Positions 12,364 through 24,500 of a DNA stretch of 64,000 nucleotides are shown here, in pieces. Position numbers and translations under genes: made by a program. This DNA comes from Selaginella moellendorffii (taxonomy: Eukaryota > Plantae > Lycopodiophyta), in contig NW_003314312.1 in the NCBI RefSeq assembly GCF_000143415.4, forward strand, positions 1,377,713 to 1,441,712. Reading direction: 5' to 3'. Numbering within the stretch: the stretch's first letter is position 1; every line of letters begins with the position of its first letter. The notes under the pieces were generated by a model. That model ran no database searches and was not told the origin of the DNA. It saw only the letters and a list, made by a program, of their open reading frames with translations.

Positions 12364-13924
12364 ATGGAGTTTCGATTGCTCTTGTGTTCTTCATCTATGT
12401 TCTTGTATGGGGAATTCCAGGTGGAGGGCACCGCCGTCTCAACTTGCCAGTATCACTCAGTAGGTCTCTTCCATTGATCGGACACCTCCACCTCTTTGGG
12501 AGGAAACCCCATCTCTCTCTCCTTACACTGTCCAACAAGTATGGACCGATCTTCTCTCTCCGGCTGGGAATGGTGCCATCCGTGGTGGTCGCGAGCGCCC
12601 ATCTGGCCAAGGAGCTCTTCAAAGCCCAGGACGTTACATTCTCTTCCAGGCCGTATTTCATGCCAGGGGAGTATAGCTTCTACAACTTCCTTGACATGGG
12701 ATTTGCGCCTTACGGCGATTACTGGAAGAACATACGGAAGCTGTGTGCCACGGAGCTCTTCACAATCAGGCGCATCGATTCTTTCTTGTGGGTACGAACA
12801 GAGGAGCTCCATGAGATGCTATCGGCGCTCTTGGATTCTTCTCTCGATTGCAAGCCCGTCAACATGAGAGACATGGTCACGACATGCCTGTTCAATGTAA
12901 TCACGCGGATCCTGATGAGCAAGAGGTTCTACACGTTTGTGGGAGATGAGGCAACCATGGATGACGATGCCCGGGAGTTTAAGAGCCTCCTGCTGTCCAT
13001 CACAGACCAGGCGCTCGATTTTCACATCAGCGAGTTTGTCCCGCCGTGGCTCAGAGGCATCGACTGGAAGATCCCGCGGCTCAAGAAGCTGCAGGCAAAG
13101 ATTGATAGTTTCTTGCAGAAGATAGTCGACGAGCACAAGCTTGGTGTCGATAGCGGCAAGGAGGACTTCATGCACATCATGCTCGAGTACCTCAAGGATG
13201 AACCATATTGCGAGGACAGTGTCAAGGCCAATAGCATGGTAAGTTCTTCCTCTCGTGATTTGACGTCTCTTAACTATATCCTCGAATGTGCCAGGAGCTT
13301 ATATGTGGAACAGACACAAGTGCCGCCGTGATCGAGTGGGCGATCCTGGAGCTTCTTCACCACCCGGAGATGCTACGAAAAGCTCAAGAGGAGATGGACG
13401 TGGTGGTGGGGAATTCTCACCTGGTCGGAGAAGCCGACATTGCGCAGCTCCAGTATATGCAAGCAGTGATCAAGGAAACCTTCCGCTTCCATCCTCCAAT
13501 TCCTCTTCTGCCTCGCATGGCATCTCACGACTGCAAGCTGGGAGGATTTGATGTTCCAAAGGGCGCAACCACGTTCGTGCACGTCTACGCCATTGGAAGG
13601 GATCCAGCCGTGTGGGACGAACCATTGAAGTTCATGCCGGAGAGGTTCTTGGGGAATTCCTTGGATGTCAAGGGCCAGGACTATGAGCTGCTTCCATTTG
13701 GCTCTGGTCGCAGGGGTTGTCCGGGGATGATACTGGGATTACGAACGGTGCAGCTGCTGGTATCCAACTTGATTCACAGCTTCGATTGGAGCTTTGCGGG
13801 GGAGAGGGGAGGAGAAGCATTTCCTCTGGAAGAACGAGACTCTGCTGGGACTGTTATTTGGACCAAGACTCCGCTCCAAGTCGTGGCCACTCCAAGACTT
13901 AGGAAGGAGGTACTGCTAGGCTGA
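12364..13924 (+). pseudogene. Cytochrome P450, CYP71 clan (type B); body open but ATG out of frame
   Basis: Intron 13239-13294; KETFR, PERF and FGSGRRGCPG present. ATG 12364 is out of frame with the body. Comparison with the paralogue start near 40107 (ATGGGGTTTCTAGCATGCGCGATTGCT) indicates a 10-bp deletion after codon 3. Confidence 0.75.
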
Positions 13925-14817
13925 TTGAGATTTCATGAAATGGGCTTGCAAATATCTCCTCGTTATTTAAAAATTTCTTTTCATAAACTGTTTATACATG
14001 GTCTCGTGTCTCCAAGAAGCATGAAACCAAAAGGTATAATAAGTATACTGTATTGATGAGTGAGGCTGCAACAGAACTCCTCCCAATCGTCTCTACTGTG
14101 GTTGTGGTCGCCCTGCTTCATTGCCAAGTAAACTGACCATTGAATGTACAAGGTAAGAGTGGGAAGTTTCTTTGTACAGCTTTTCTCCGAGAAAATGTTT
14201 CAAACTGAAAGAGCCAATGAAATAAAAAAGTTTTAAATGAAAGGTCAAAAATAAACGCAAGCCATCAGCTACAATTCCACAGTTCTCAACCAACTTCATA
14301 TCCTTGGCATAAGGGGTTGTTAAGTGCCAACTTTAACTCTGTCAACATGAGTCAAAAGGAAAGGTTAACCTACGTAAGGGCTCATAATGAAGCAGTGGCA
14401 CAGTGGGAAGTAGGAGGAATTTCAAGAGGAATTATAGCATAATTTAGAAAGATTAACTTTTTATTATTTAACGTTGGATTTTAACATTTGTATTTGAAAT
14501 GGATGCAGTTTTTAAGGTGTAGCAAATATTTCCTTAAGGCAAGGAGAGTCCCCATAATCGTGAATGTCGAATTTGTGAAGATTTGAGAAGCAAATAGCCC
14601 TTGGCATTTATATGCTTGCTTCTTTGAGACTTGTTTGAGAATTCTAGTCAACCACAACTTTGACGAGCAACACACTTGAATTGACTTGATCTTGATGCAA
14701 CAATCTTTCAAGTCACTATAGATGGACTCATTGACTCCCAACGAAAAACTGCTGGTTGTTATTTCTGTTGTTTTCAGTGAAAGACGGCCAAGCTTGACAA
14801 GCAAAATAAAAGTTTAA

Positions 14818-16193
14818 TTATATAGGTTTTGGGAGTCTTGAAGAAACAACTACCTCAAGTGGTGTTTCCAACCAGAGAACAGTCCCACTTTGTTCCTTGA
14901 GCTCGTAACAATCCATGCCTTTGCCAGGAACAAAGCTCCAGTCGAAAGAGTGAATCAAGTTAAACAATAGCAATTGAGCAGTCTTCGACATCCCCAGACA
15001 CATTCTTTGGCCCAGCCTAAAGTCCTGGCTTTTTATGTCAATCAAGTTCCCAAGGAACCTTTCCGGCTTGAATCGCAATGCATCCATACTGCTGGATCTC
15101 TTCCAATTGTATAACAATTGACAAATGTGGGAGTTTCTTTGGGAATGTCATAGCCAGCAACCTTGCACGCTTCGGTTGACATGTGAATCAGCAGCGGAGC
15201 TGGACCTTGACGATTGCCCAAGGTACTCCAGTTTCTCTCAGCAACAAGGCGTTCCTTTCCGACGACAGTGTCAATCTCTTCCTGGGCCTTTGAAGAACAA
15301 GTGGATTGTGCATGAGTTCCAACAGCGTCCTTTCGATCAAACTAGCGCTGGTATCTCTTCCAGATAAAAGCTCCTGCATAATTCGAGATTAGCCAACTGA
15401 CTTTGTTGACAATAGCTTTGACCGAATCCTCTCCTCGGGCTCCTTCGCTTTTCAAGCTTTGCAGCATGGTCTGCGAGGTCTTGGACTCGAGCCTAGCCTT
15501 GTGATCGTCTATAATTCTCTTAAAGAACTTGTCTTGTCTCGCATGTATCCTCATCATCTCTGGGATCTTCCAGTCAATCCGTCTCATGAACGCCAGTACG
15601 AACTCACTGATGTGGAATTGAAGCATCCGCTCCGTGATCTCAAACACAATGTGCTTGAAATCCTTGCCTCGCTGCTCATCTCAGCCATACTCGAAGAAAC
15701 GCTTACTCATCAGGATCTGCATGACAACATTGAAGACATATGTTGTCAGGAGGTGCTCATGTTGATTGGCTTCTGAAAGTTAGCCGCATTCACAAGCTCA
15801 GGCAAGACGCCACGCATTTCTCTCGTTCGCACCCCTTGAAACGATTCAATGCGCTTGACAGTAAAGAGCTCTGTAGCGCAAAGCTTCCTCATTCTTTTCC
15901 AGTAGTCGCCATACGGAACAAAACCAATGTCTCGGAAGTTGTAGAAGTTGTACTCCCCCATGATCAAGTATGGCCTCGATGCAAAATTTGCATCCTGGAT
16001 CTTTAGTACCTCTTTCGCGAGCTCCGAACTGGAGATCACCACTCCTAGGCGTAAAAACATAATCGGTCCATACTTTGTAGATGCATGTGACCAATAAGAG
16101 GCAGCCCCTGGAGGCAAATTAACGACGCTTGAAAGATAGCACCAAGAAGAGAAGAGTGATCAACAGAACAACTGCATATTGAGCAACCTCCAT
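14818..16193 (-). pseudogene. P450 type A pseudogene (direct duplicate of 9224-10767)
   Basis: Near-identical nucleotide blocks with many small deletions. The heme-motif region is partly deleted (QDFRLGQRMCLG). Confidence 0.9.
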
Positions 16194-17139
16194 TTCTGAT
16201 TGAAAGTGTCAAACGTGACAGCCTGAAGGAAGGATGAATTGATGATCTATCCATAAAGCTGTGGTTGCATCTAACAGTACATGTCAGTGGCTTTCACTTG
16301 ATATTTTAAGACGTATGTTCTACTGAACTATTCACTTACAATGGATGGTCCGCTTAAAACTTGGTGGTCCAAGTGTGACGGTTTTATGCAATTATTGGTC
16401 AAGATATTTTATGGAGCCTAGAATAGCAACTTATATGTTGAAAGTCGAAATGTAATTTTCATAAACATCCCATAGTCTCATGTTGACCTCACAAAGACAA
16501 TGTAGATTATAATTATGTCTTAGTTTTTATTATATTCTTATTTTCTTCAAAGGCTGCCTGTTACAATTTGATTGACATACCACTGAGCTAAAAATATTAA
16601 ATATTCTGACTAGACTAAGAAGTTTTCTTGTCTTCCAGGACAGGACACCTGTGAAACATGCTGGTGTGTAATCTTGAAAATTTAATGGCTTAAGACAATG
16701 TTAGTGATCAGAACATTCACTTCAAGAAGGAAACGTAAAATTTTTTTATTCAACAAAGTTTGGTCCACATTAATTAAACCGAAGCAAGCATATAATTGCC
16801 AAGGGCTATTTGCTTCTCAAATTTTAGACATTCACGATTATGGGGTCTTACTTGCTCTTGTCTATGCCTTAAGGATATATTTCCTGCGCCTTAAGCCGCC
16901 TACATGGATTGCCCCTCCCTGGACACCTCCGTCATCTCGCAGGAATTCCCTTCCTCTCACAGGGTTACAAGGTTCTCCAGCTGTCCTATTTGAGGAGGAA
17001 TCGGTCCGGTGAGTTTGTTGCCATGCAAGTCCCTGCCAGAGAAGAACGCAAGAACTCAGTAAACGAAAACCAACACACACCAACCCACAGTTTCCTGAGA
17101 TCCAGGAAATGATCGGGAACGTTCCAATGATCGACACTT

Positions 17140-17488
17140 GAAAGAGCTCCCTGGAAAGAAAGAAGAAAGTGACGATCAAAGTGATAAGAGGTATTAAAAC
17201 TCACAATTCCGTGGCCATCGGCATTTGGGGAGGAACAAGTGATTCCCGGCCACAATGCCGCGTCTCCATCCCCATAGGGATCCTCCCCATTCCAGCATAC
17301 ATAACCTTCCATCCTCCAGCTGCCTTGAGCTCGTTCAATGCCTTGACTGGAATTGGCAAGATCGTCGCTTAATCCCTGTCTAAATCGAAAATGCAGGTGG
17401 AGAGGATCGACTCACCGTCTCGCTTCACCGTCTTGGCAGCTGCTAGAGTGGCAATTCAGAGCCCAAGAACGAAACCAAGGAGCCCCAT
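17140..17488 (-). pseudogene. N-terminal fragment of a plant extracellular LRR protein (signal peptide plus LRRNT cap)
   Basis: AKTVKRD / intron / VKALNELK..GW...NGEDPYGDGDAALWPGITCS, with a stop and a frameshift; no LRRs follow. Confidence 0.6.
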
Positions 17489-17581
17489 CTCAAGAACCCT
17501 AGATTTTCATTTTTGAATCAATGAATCGGTACTGTAACATTTCAACATTTGTATGGAATCGCTATGTTTTTCACTGGATTC

Positions 17582-19258
17582 TCAGTTGAATTCGCTACCC
17601 ACGCAGTGATGGCACGTAAAGAGATTGATAGGATCGACCCTGCGCTTGATGTGGTACAGGCGAGGATAGTTCTTCCCAAAGAAGGATTGTTGCCAATTGG
17701 GCTCGTTGTAATCGGCCTCGTTCACGTAAGTCCCGGAGCCCGGCGTGAGATCGATGAAGAGCTTGTTCGCCTGCGACACTAGATTCGCAGCAGCCCTCAT
17801 CTCCGCCACCGTCGCATTGTCCCGCCAAGTCAGGGGCGATACGAGCAGCCACAGTCCGTCGCGATACGCCGGATTCACAGCGCTGTCTTGGGGTTCTCGC
17901 ACTTTTCCGCCCCCCAGGATCGCATATGTAGCTGGAACTTGCAGCTCGGTCATGACGCGCATCATGGCCTTTGGGAGGAGGTCTTGTTCGTGGTTGAAGA
18001 GCGATCTCGGGATCAGCCTCGTTGCGAAGACATCCGAGACTCCCAAGTTGTTGAGGCCCAAGCACGATTCCTGCCCTCCACATTGAAACTGCAAGTGCCA
18101 GTCCCAGTACGAGGCATACGTCTCCAAGCTCCCGTCGATCCGGATGTTGTTCTCCCGCGCGTACGATAGCAGCGGGGCCAAGGTGGCGGAAGCATACGAG
18201 ACGTTCCGGTTGGGCAGCAGGAACGTTAGCGTCAGGCTCTGGCTTGTCGAGAAGAAGTAGCCAGACCAGCCGGCATCGGACAGAGAGGGATTCAACCTCG
18301 TAAACAGAGTGAGCAGCCCCTGAAAGGTGGTGGTATCGGGGGCGCTGAAGTTGTGAGGAGCGAAGACGAGGGTGTGAAGAGCTGGAAAAGTCCTGTGCGT
18401 CGCCGAGAGCACAACTCCGAATGTTCCTCCGCCGCCACCCCGGAGAGCCCAGAACAAGTCCGTGTTTTGGCATGCATTTGCTTTGACAAGCCTACCATCC
18501 GCGGTCACCACCTCGTACTCGAGAACGTTATCGGCGCTCAAGCCAATTAGCGGGGAAAGGAAACTTTGGCCGCCACCTTGAGGGTATCCGCCGGCTGCTC
18601 CAACCGAGGAACATCCCCCGCCAGCCAGGATCATCTTTCGTTGATACGCTTGCCGATAGAGCTCCTCCCACTGAATTCCAGCTCCCACCGTCACTGCCGA
18701 GTAGCCACGGTCGCTACCACGGCCGCATTTGAAGCTCTCGTGGAACTGGATCTTCTGGAGGTGGTGCACCCAAATGCTGAGAGCTCCCACCGCCGTGCTC
18801 CGCCCGAGGAAGTCATGCCCCGTGTTTCGTATCACGATGCGCAAGTCGTGCCGGGACGCAAACTTGACGGCCTCTTGGACGTGGGCCGCCCGAGTAACGT
18901 TGACCGCGTAGATCGGGACCGCGCCCTGGAAGCAAGCGGCGGTCCTGTTGGAGGAGATCAGGCAGCGCTGCTCCCCAAACGATTCCCAGCTCGTCCGTTG
19001 CAATGCACCCGGTTGATCGGTCCTCCAGAACGGACTGTTCCAGCCGCTCCTCACGGCGTTGCAGGCTCGCTCGTCGTAGTTTGGATCATGGCATGGCGAT
19101 GCTGGAGGGGCCACGCTGATCATTCTCCCTCCCACGGAGCGATTGAAGGATGCCCAGGTCTGTGCGTCTGGCCAGCACAGCTCGCCCGCTATACACTTGG
19201 AGTGGACATGGCCGGGAGCAAATAGAACGACCAAGAATATCGATAGTATCGCTATCAT
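17582..19258 (-). CDS. Secreted FAD-linked oxidoreductase (VAO/PCMH, BBE-like; fungal isoamyl-alcohol-oxidase type), 558 aa, intronless
   Basis: Signal peptide; C....CWP...W...N.SVGGR; RNTGHDFLGRS (covalent-FAD His); DLFWALRGGGGGTFGVV; C-terminal BBE domain YVNEAD...NYPRL..IK..VDP. Confidence 0.92.
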   Translation of the reverse strand: MIAILSIFLVVLFAPGHVHSKCIAGELCWPDAQTWASFNRSVGGRMISVAPPASPCHDPNYDERACNAVRSGWNSPFWRTDQPGALQRTSWESFGEQRCLISSNRTAACFQGAVPIYAVNVTRAAHVQEAVKFASRHDLRIVIRNTGHDFLGRSTAVGALSIWVHHLQKIQFHESFKCGRGSDRGYSAVTVGAGIQWEELYRQAYQRKMILAGGGCSSVGAAGGYPQGGGQSFLSPLIGLSADNVLEYEVVTADGRLVKANACQNTDLFWALRGGGGGTFGVVLSATHRTFPALHTLVFAPHNFSAPDTTTFQGLLTLFTRLNPSLSDAGWSGYFFSTSQSLTLTFLLPNRNVSYASATLAPLLSYARENNIRIDGSLETYASYWDWHLQFQCGGQESCLGLNNLGVSDVFATRLIPRSLFNHEQDLLPKAMMRVMTELQVPATYAILGGGKVREPQDSAVNPAYRDGLWLLVSPLTWRDNATVAEMRAAANLVSQANKLFIDLTPGSGTYVNEADYNEPNWQQSFFGKNYPRLYHIKRRVDPINLFTCHHCVGSEFN

Positions 19259-19705
19259 CCTTGAAGAACCTTTACAGGGCTGAGAGAAAGAGAGCTATGC
19301 TTTCTTTTGCTGATCGATCTCGAGATGTAGCTTTGTCAATGACTTTGGCACTGCAAGCAACCATTTATATATCACTTGGAAGCCGCGGTTTTCATTCGCT
19401 CGCTGGGTTTGACATTGACATGTTCTTTAGAGGCTGAAAATTCGAGCAATGGCGCCCAGGCGACTTTTCACACGCTGAGATATCAAAGTCATGCATGGAC
19501 ATTATGTACGTCAGTCGACGTGTTGTTTGAGCAATGAACAAGGCCAAGATAACAACCACCATTCCAAATTGACCGAATCTTTCAGAATCTTCTCTAAGCG
19601 CTTTCGTGGATGTCACATTTGCGCGTCGGTCAAGCTGGCCAGGAATGTATTTAAGCAGCCGTCTCGGGATCAAAGTCACAAGTCTTTGCAAGCAATCCAG
19701 GAATC

Positions 19706-21102
19706 ATGGGCGTGATAAGCTACTTCACCGGATACCGCGGCGCTACAGGCTTTGGATCGGGAGCTACAGCCGAGAAAGTTGCAAAGGGGATTTCTCTGGA
19801 ATCCAAAGTGGTAATCGTCACAGGTATGCCGATTCCATCGATAGTTTGCTTCGATTTCTCATCATCAAGCTACAGGGGCTACCTCCGGAATTGGGTTTGA
19901 GACTGCCAGAGTTCTCGCCAAGCACGGTGCGCACGTTGTTATCCCAGCCAGGAAGCTACAGAACGCTGAAGCAGCCAAGTCCAAGATCCAACGCGAATTC
20001 CCTAATGCAAGGGTCACTGTTCTTGAGCTGGATCTGAGCTCCCTCAAGTCGGTCAGGAAATTTGTCGACGACTTCAAGGCTCTAAATCTCCCGCTCCACA
20101 TCCTCATGTGAGTCACTCCTGTTAGTGTTTCTGATCAAAATGCATGGATCAATGCAGAAACAATGCTGGGATGACGGCCAATAACTTCCAGCTCTCACCG
20201 GATGGCTTGGAGCTCGATTTCGCGACAAACCATATGGGTATGGTGTTCAAGTTTTGTCTGTTAGAAAAACCTTCACGCTTTGGATGATGATCCAGGTCCG
20301 TTTTTGCTCACTGAGCTGCTGTTGGACAAGATGATCCAGACTGCATCTCAAACTGGAGTGCAAGGTCGGATTGTCATGGTGGCGTCTGAAGGTCACAGAT
20401 ATGTTCCAAAAGGCGGGATTGAGTTTGACAAGCTGAATGATAAGAACAGGTCAGTTTTTTCATTGACAAGTAGGAGGAAGCATTTCGGTTTTCCTTGCAA
20501 TCTTTCCAATGAACTTTCTTTAACTCTCGTCGTACAGCTTCCAATGGATTACTAGCTACGGAAGATCCAAACTGGCCAACATACTGCATACCAGGGAGTT
20601 AGCAAGCCGCTTGAAGGTGTCCATAGATTCAAAGTTTTTGTGCTCGAGTTTTCCCAGACATAATTTTGATGATCTTCCATTTCAGGAGAAGGGTGCCAAC
20701 GTGCTTGTAAATTCACTTCATCCTGGAACTATCAAGACGAACCTTGGAAGAGATTTCAACCAGACTTCAGCTAGTAAGTTCATGAAACAGTATCTGAAAA
20801 GAATTGAGATTGATCAACTTGTGCTGCTGTGCAGAGCTGCTTCTCTTCCTCGCGAGCCCACTTTGCAAATCCATCCCGCAGGTACAAACATATCATAGCC
20901 TACGTTTCTGGATTAAAGCTGTGATTTCTTTCAGGGCGCTGCTACAACCATGCTTCTTGCGGTCCATCCTTGCATGGAGGGCGTGAGTGGAAAGTACTAC
21001 TTGGATTGCAACGAAGCGGATTGCACCCCTCATGCCAAGGACATGAAGTTGGCTGCAGAGCTGTGGACTTTTAGTGAGGAGTTTATCAAGTCTCATCCTT
21101 GA
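19706..21102 (+). CDS. Short-chain dehydrogenase/reductase, Tic32/retinol-dehydrogenase-like, 8 exons, apparently intact
   Basis: Spliced reading gives [31 protein letters not shown] (YxxxK), LHPG, GAAT, GKYY. First intron 19824-19875; stop at 21100-21102. Confidence 0.88.
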
Positions 21103-21543
21103 GTTACATTAATTTTCTTTCAAAGTTTTGGCCAGGAGCTTTTATTTTCAATTTGAAACATTTTTCAAAGAAAAGCTAAACTTCCTTCTACATCAGTTTA
21201 CTCTGAGTTTGGACCATTTTGACGGCAAACCAGTAAAGTGAACGGGCCAAGCGTGGCAATGAAGCAGGGTGATGACAACGACGGTAGAGACGTAGTTCTG
21301 TTGCGCCTCACTCATCAGGCATGCTTATTATACCTTTTGGATTCATGCTTCTTAAACACCATTTCATGGAATCTCCGTACTTATGGTTTATCAATCAGCC
21401 TAAGAGTACCTCCTTCGGAGTGACCATGACTTAATGCTTCTCCGAAACGCCACGAGCAGCTTTGCCCACAGTGTAGCCGCGTGTGCACTTTCCCCGCGTC
21501 TCACTCCCGTCAATAAAATTTCTGTTTCTAGTGCTAACTTTAG

Positions 21544-24500
21544 ATGGCATCTTCTTCCGCTGCTGTAACCCCTGGCTACTACACAAATTCACAGGAGAAA
21601 ACTTCGCAACCTGGAGAACAAAGGTCCAGCTCATCTTGATGGCAAACGATTGCTGGACAATCGTGGACGGCACCGAAGCTGAACCAGCTGAGCCCGCTCT
21701 CCAGCCAGTGTGGAAAGCCAAGAATAGAAGAGCCCGCTCTGTCATTGGCTTAGGACTCGGCGACGAGTTCATCCATCTGCTGGATCTCTCGAAGACCGCT
21801 CACGAGAATTGGTAGTCCTTGGTGAAGGTGTTTGCTGCGAAAGCAGCAAATGCCAAGATCGTCCTTAACCCAGAAGTTCCTTTCTCTCCGGATGCAGCCA
21901 ACAGACACGATGGCATCGTACATTGGCAAGCTTAGGGGGATGATGCAAGAGCTTAAGGAGGCTGGCGCGCCTGTCTCGGACGATTATGCCAAAGCTTTCC
22001 TTCTCTATTCGGTTTCTTCTGAACTCCAACCGTCTTCCTCTATGTTCTCCTTCGTTCCAGGAAAGACCCTAGACGAGCTCTATTCCAATCTCTTGGAAGA
22101 AGAGCGCAAGCTTCTGGAGCGAAAATCAGGCACGACCTCCGCAGATTCTGCTCGTGATCAGGCTTTGTTCATTGGCAAGAAGTCAGGAAATGGAAATGCC
22201 AAGAAGCGTGGGAATTCTCGCGGATTTGCCTCCATCACAAATGGAAACAAGAAAAAGAAGGGGCCGTGTACCTTCTGCGGGAAGATGGGGCACATAGAGC
22301 GAGAATGTGGAGCTAAGAAAGCAAACACCCAACGGATGCTGACTCAAACAGACGTTGCTGATGGCCGTGGCCTCGTCACTGGTGTCTGGTTTAGACGTCC
22401 TCTGGTTGGACAGTGGTGCTTCTTACCACATGACTCCTCTTCGTACAGCATTCCACACTTTCCACGAATTGCTTTCCCCAAAACAAGTCTTTGTTGGAGA
22501 CAAGCGACTTCTCGACGTTGAAGGCCGTGGCATGGTGCAAGTCAAGTTGCCCAATGGATCTCTCAAGGAAAATCCATAACATGTGCCCGGTGCAGGCCAG
22601 ACTGTCCTTTCGGTTGGCGTCGCCTCCGATCAAGGGTTCTCGCTCACATTCTTTGCAGAAGGATGTACTATTTTTGGAGCAGATGGCAGTGAGGTACGAT
22701 ACACTCTATCGCCTCAACGCAGAGCTTGTTTATCCAGGGACATACATGCTAGCGCTTCGAGGCCAAGAGACAATTCATCTTTGGCATGCTCGTCTCGGGC
22801 ATGTAAATGAGAAGGATCTCCAGAACCTTGCTCGCAGCAAGCTAACAAATCCGAAGTTTTTTAAAACTTCAAAATTTTCAAAAGCTGGGCAGAAAATTTT
22901 ACAGGAAGAAAAATCAGTGTGCTACGCACAGATGGAGGAGGAGAATACATTGCACAAGGATTTCTCCAATTCCTAGCTGAGGCAGGAATTCCTCATCAGT
23001 ACACGGCTGCTTATACACCACAGCAGAATGGTGTGGCTGAGAGGTTTAATCGGACGCTCTTGGATATGGTGCGTTGCCTTCTTCTGCATTCCGGACTGCC
23101 ACACAGCTTCTGGGGAGAAGCAGTGAACACGACGGTGTACTTGCGTAACCGTTTGCCCACCCGGAGCACAGGCTTGATCCCGCATCACGTTTGGACTGGG
23201 AAACGTCCAAATTGAGGGCACATCCGGATCTTTGGGTGCAGTGCGTACGCCCGCATCCCTAATCCGAACAGGCGCAAGCTCGACCCACGCAGCACGAAGA
23301 CCATCTTCGTGGGCTAAGGCCTACCGGCTCTACAATCCGTAGTGAGCTGCGACGTGATTTTCAACGAGCAAGAGCTGTATCGCCTCGAAGGTACTTCAAG
23401 CCATTCAACTGATCTTGTGGATCTTTCTTTGGTTCTGGATGAGGTGCTTCCTCTTTCGCTCCCAGCTCCAGAGAATTTTCCTCCAGGAGGAGCTAACAAC
23501 CAAGGCCCACAAGATCCTGGCCGAGCAGTGCCCTTGGTGGCTGGAGGTGGGATCTCCTCCTCACACGCCACTTCTTGCACCTTCTACTGCTTCCACCAGC
23601 AGTCCCACTTCTTCAGCTGAGCCCTCGCTTGTTGCCATCGTCGACGACATTTTAGGCGATGAAATATTTCATCAAGCATCCACCCAGGCCGTTGACCCCG
23701 TGATGACTCCTCCACCTCCACAGGTCTTTGGTCCACGACGCTCTGGACGTGTAACCAAGCCTTCAGTCAAAGTGCTTGAGGCCATTGCCCAGGAACCACG
23801 ACAGAAAGGATTCTACTGGGCAATGCAAGGCCTTCCTGAGCCTTAAGGATATATGGACGCTCTTGCCAGTCCTGACGCCCAAAAGTGGCAAGATGTGATG
23901 CAAGATGAGTATTCTTCTTTGCTTAAAAATGACACTTGGACTCTCATGCCATTGCCACCAGGAAGGAAAGTTGTGAGCTCCAAGTGGCTCTTTAAAGAAG
24001 AGCAAGGAAGTACAAGGCGGATGGGAGTGTGGAGCGATTCAAAGCCAGATTTGTCGCTTGTGGCTTCTCGCACATTCAGGGAGTTGACTATTCTGACACT
24101 TACAGTCGGGTAGTTAAGCTAACCACCATCCGCTTGCTTCTGGTTTTAACAGCCGAGCTTGATCTTGAGCTCTATCAACTCGATGTGCGCACAGCATTCC
24201 TCAATGGTGATCTTGAGGAGGAGGTGTATGTGGCACAGCCTCAAGGTTTTGTCCTTCCAGGCCAAGAACACCTCGTATATGCATAAAGCTCTCTATAGGC
24301 TTAAACAAAGCCCCAGGTCTTGGTATAACAAGATTAATGGTTTTCTAATTACTCTTGGCTTCATACGCAGCTCAGCCGATGGTAATCTCTACATCTACTT
24401 TGAAGGCGAAGGATTTCTCTTCCTAGCGCTTTATGTGGACGATACCATCCTCGCTTCTAACCAAGTCCGGCTTATTCACAAGATTAAGACATATCTCTCT

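Noticed and set aside
17595-18473. Long alternative-frame and antisense ORFs over the FAD oxidase (also 40474-41268 over the MTPSL)
   Set aside because: These are shadows of GC-rich coding sequence with no independent motifs.
21200-21540. 5' LTR of the copia element
   Set aside because: No match to the sequence following the PPT at 25407, so LTRs were not annotated.
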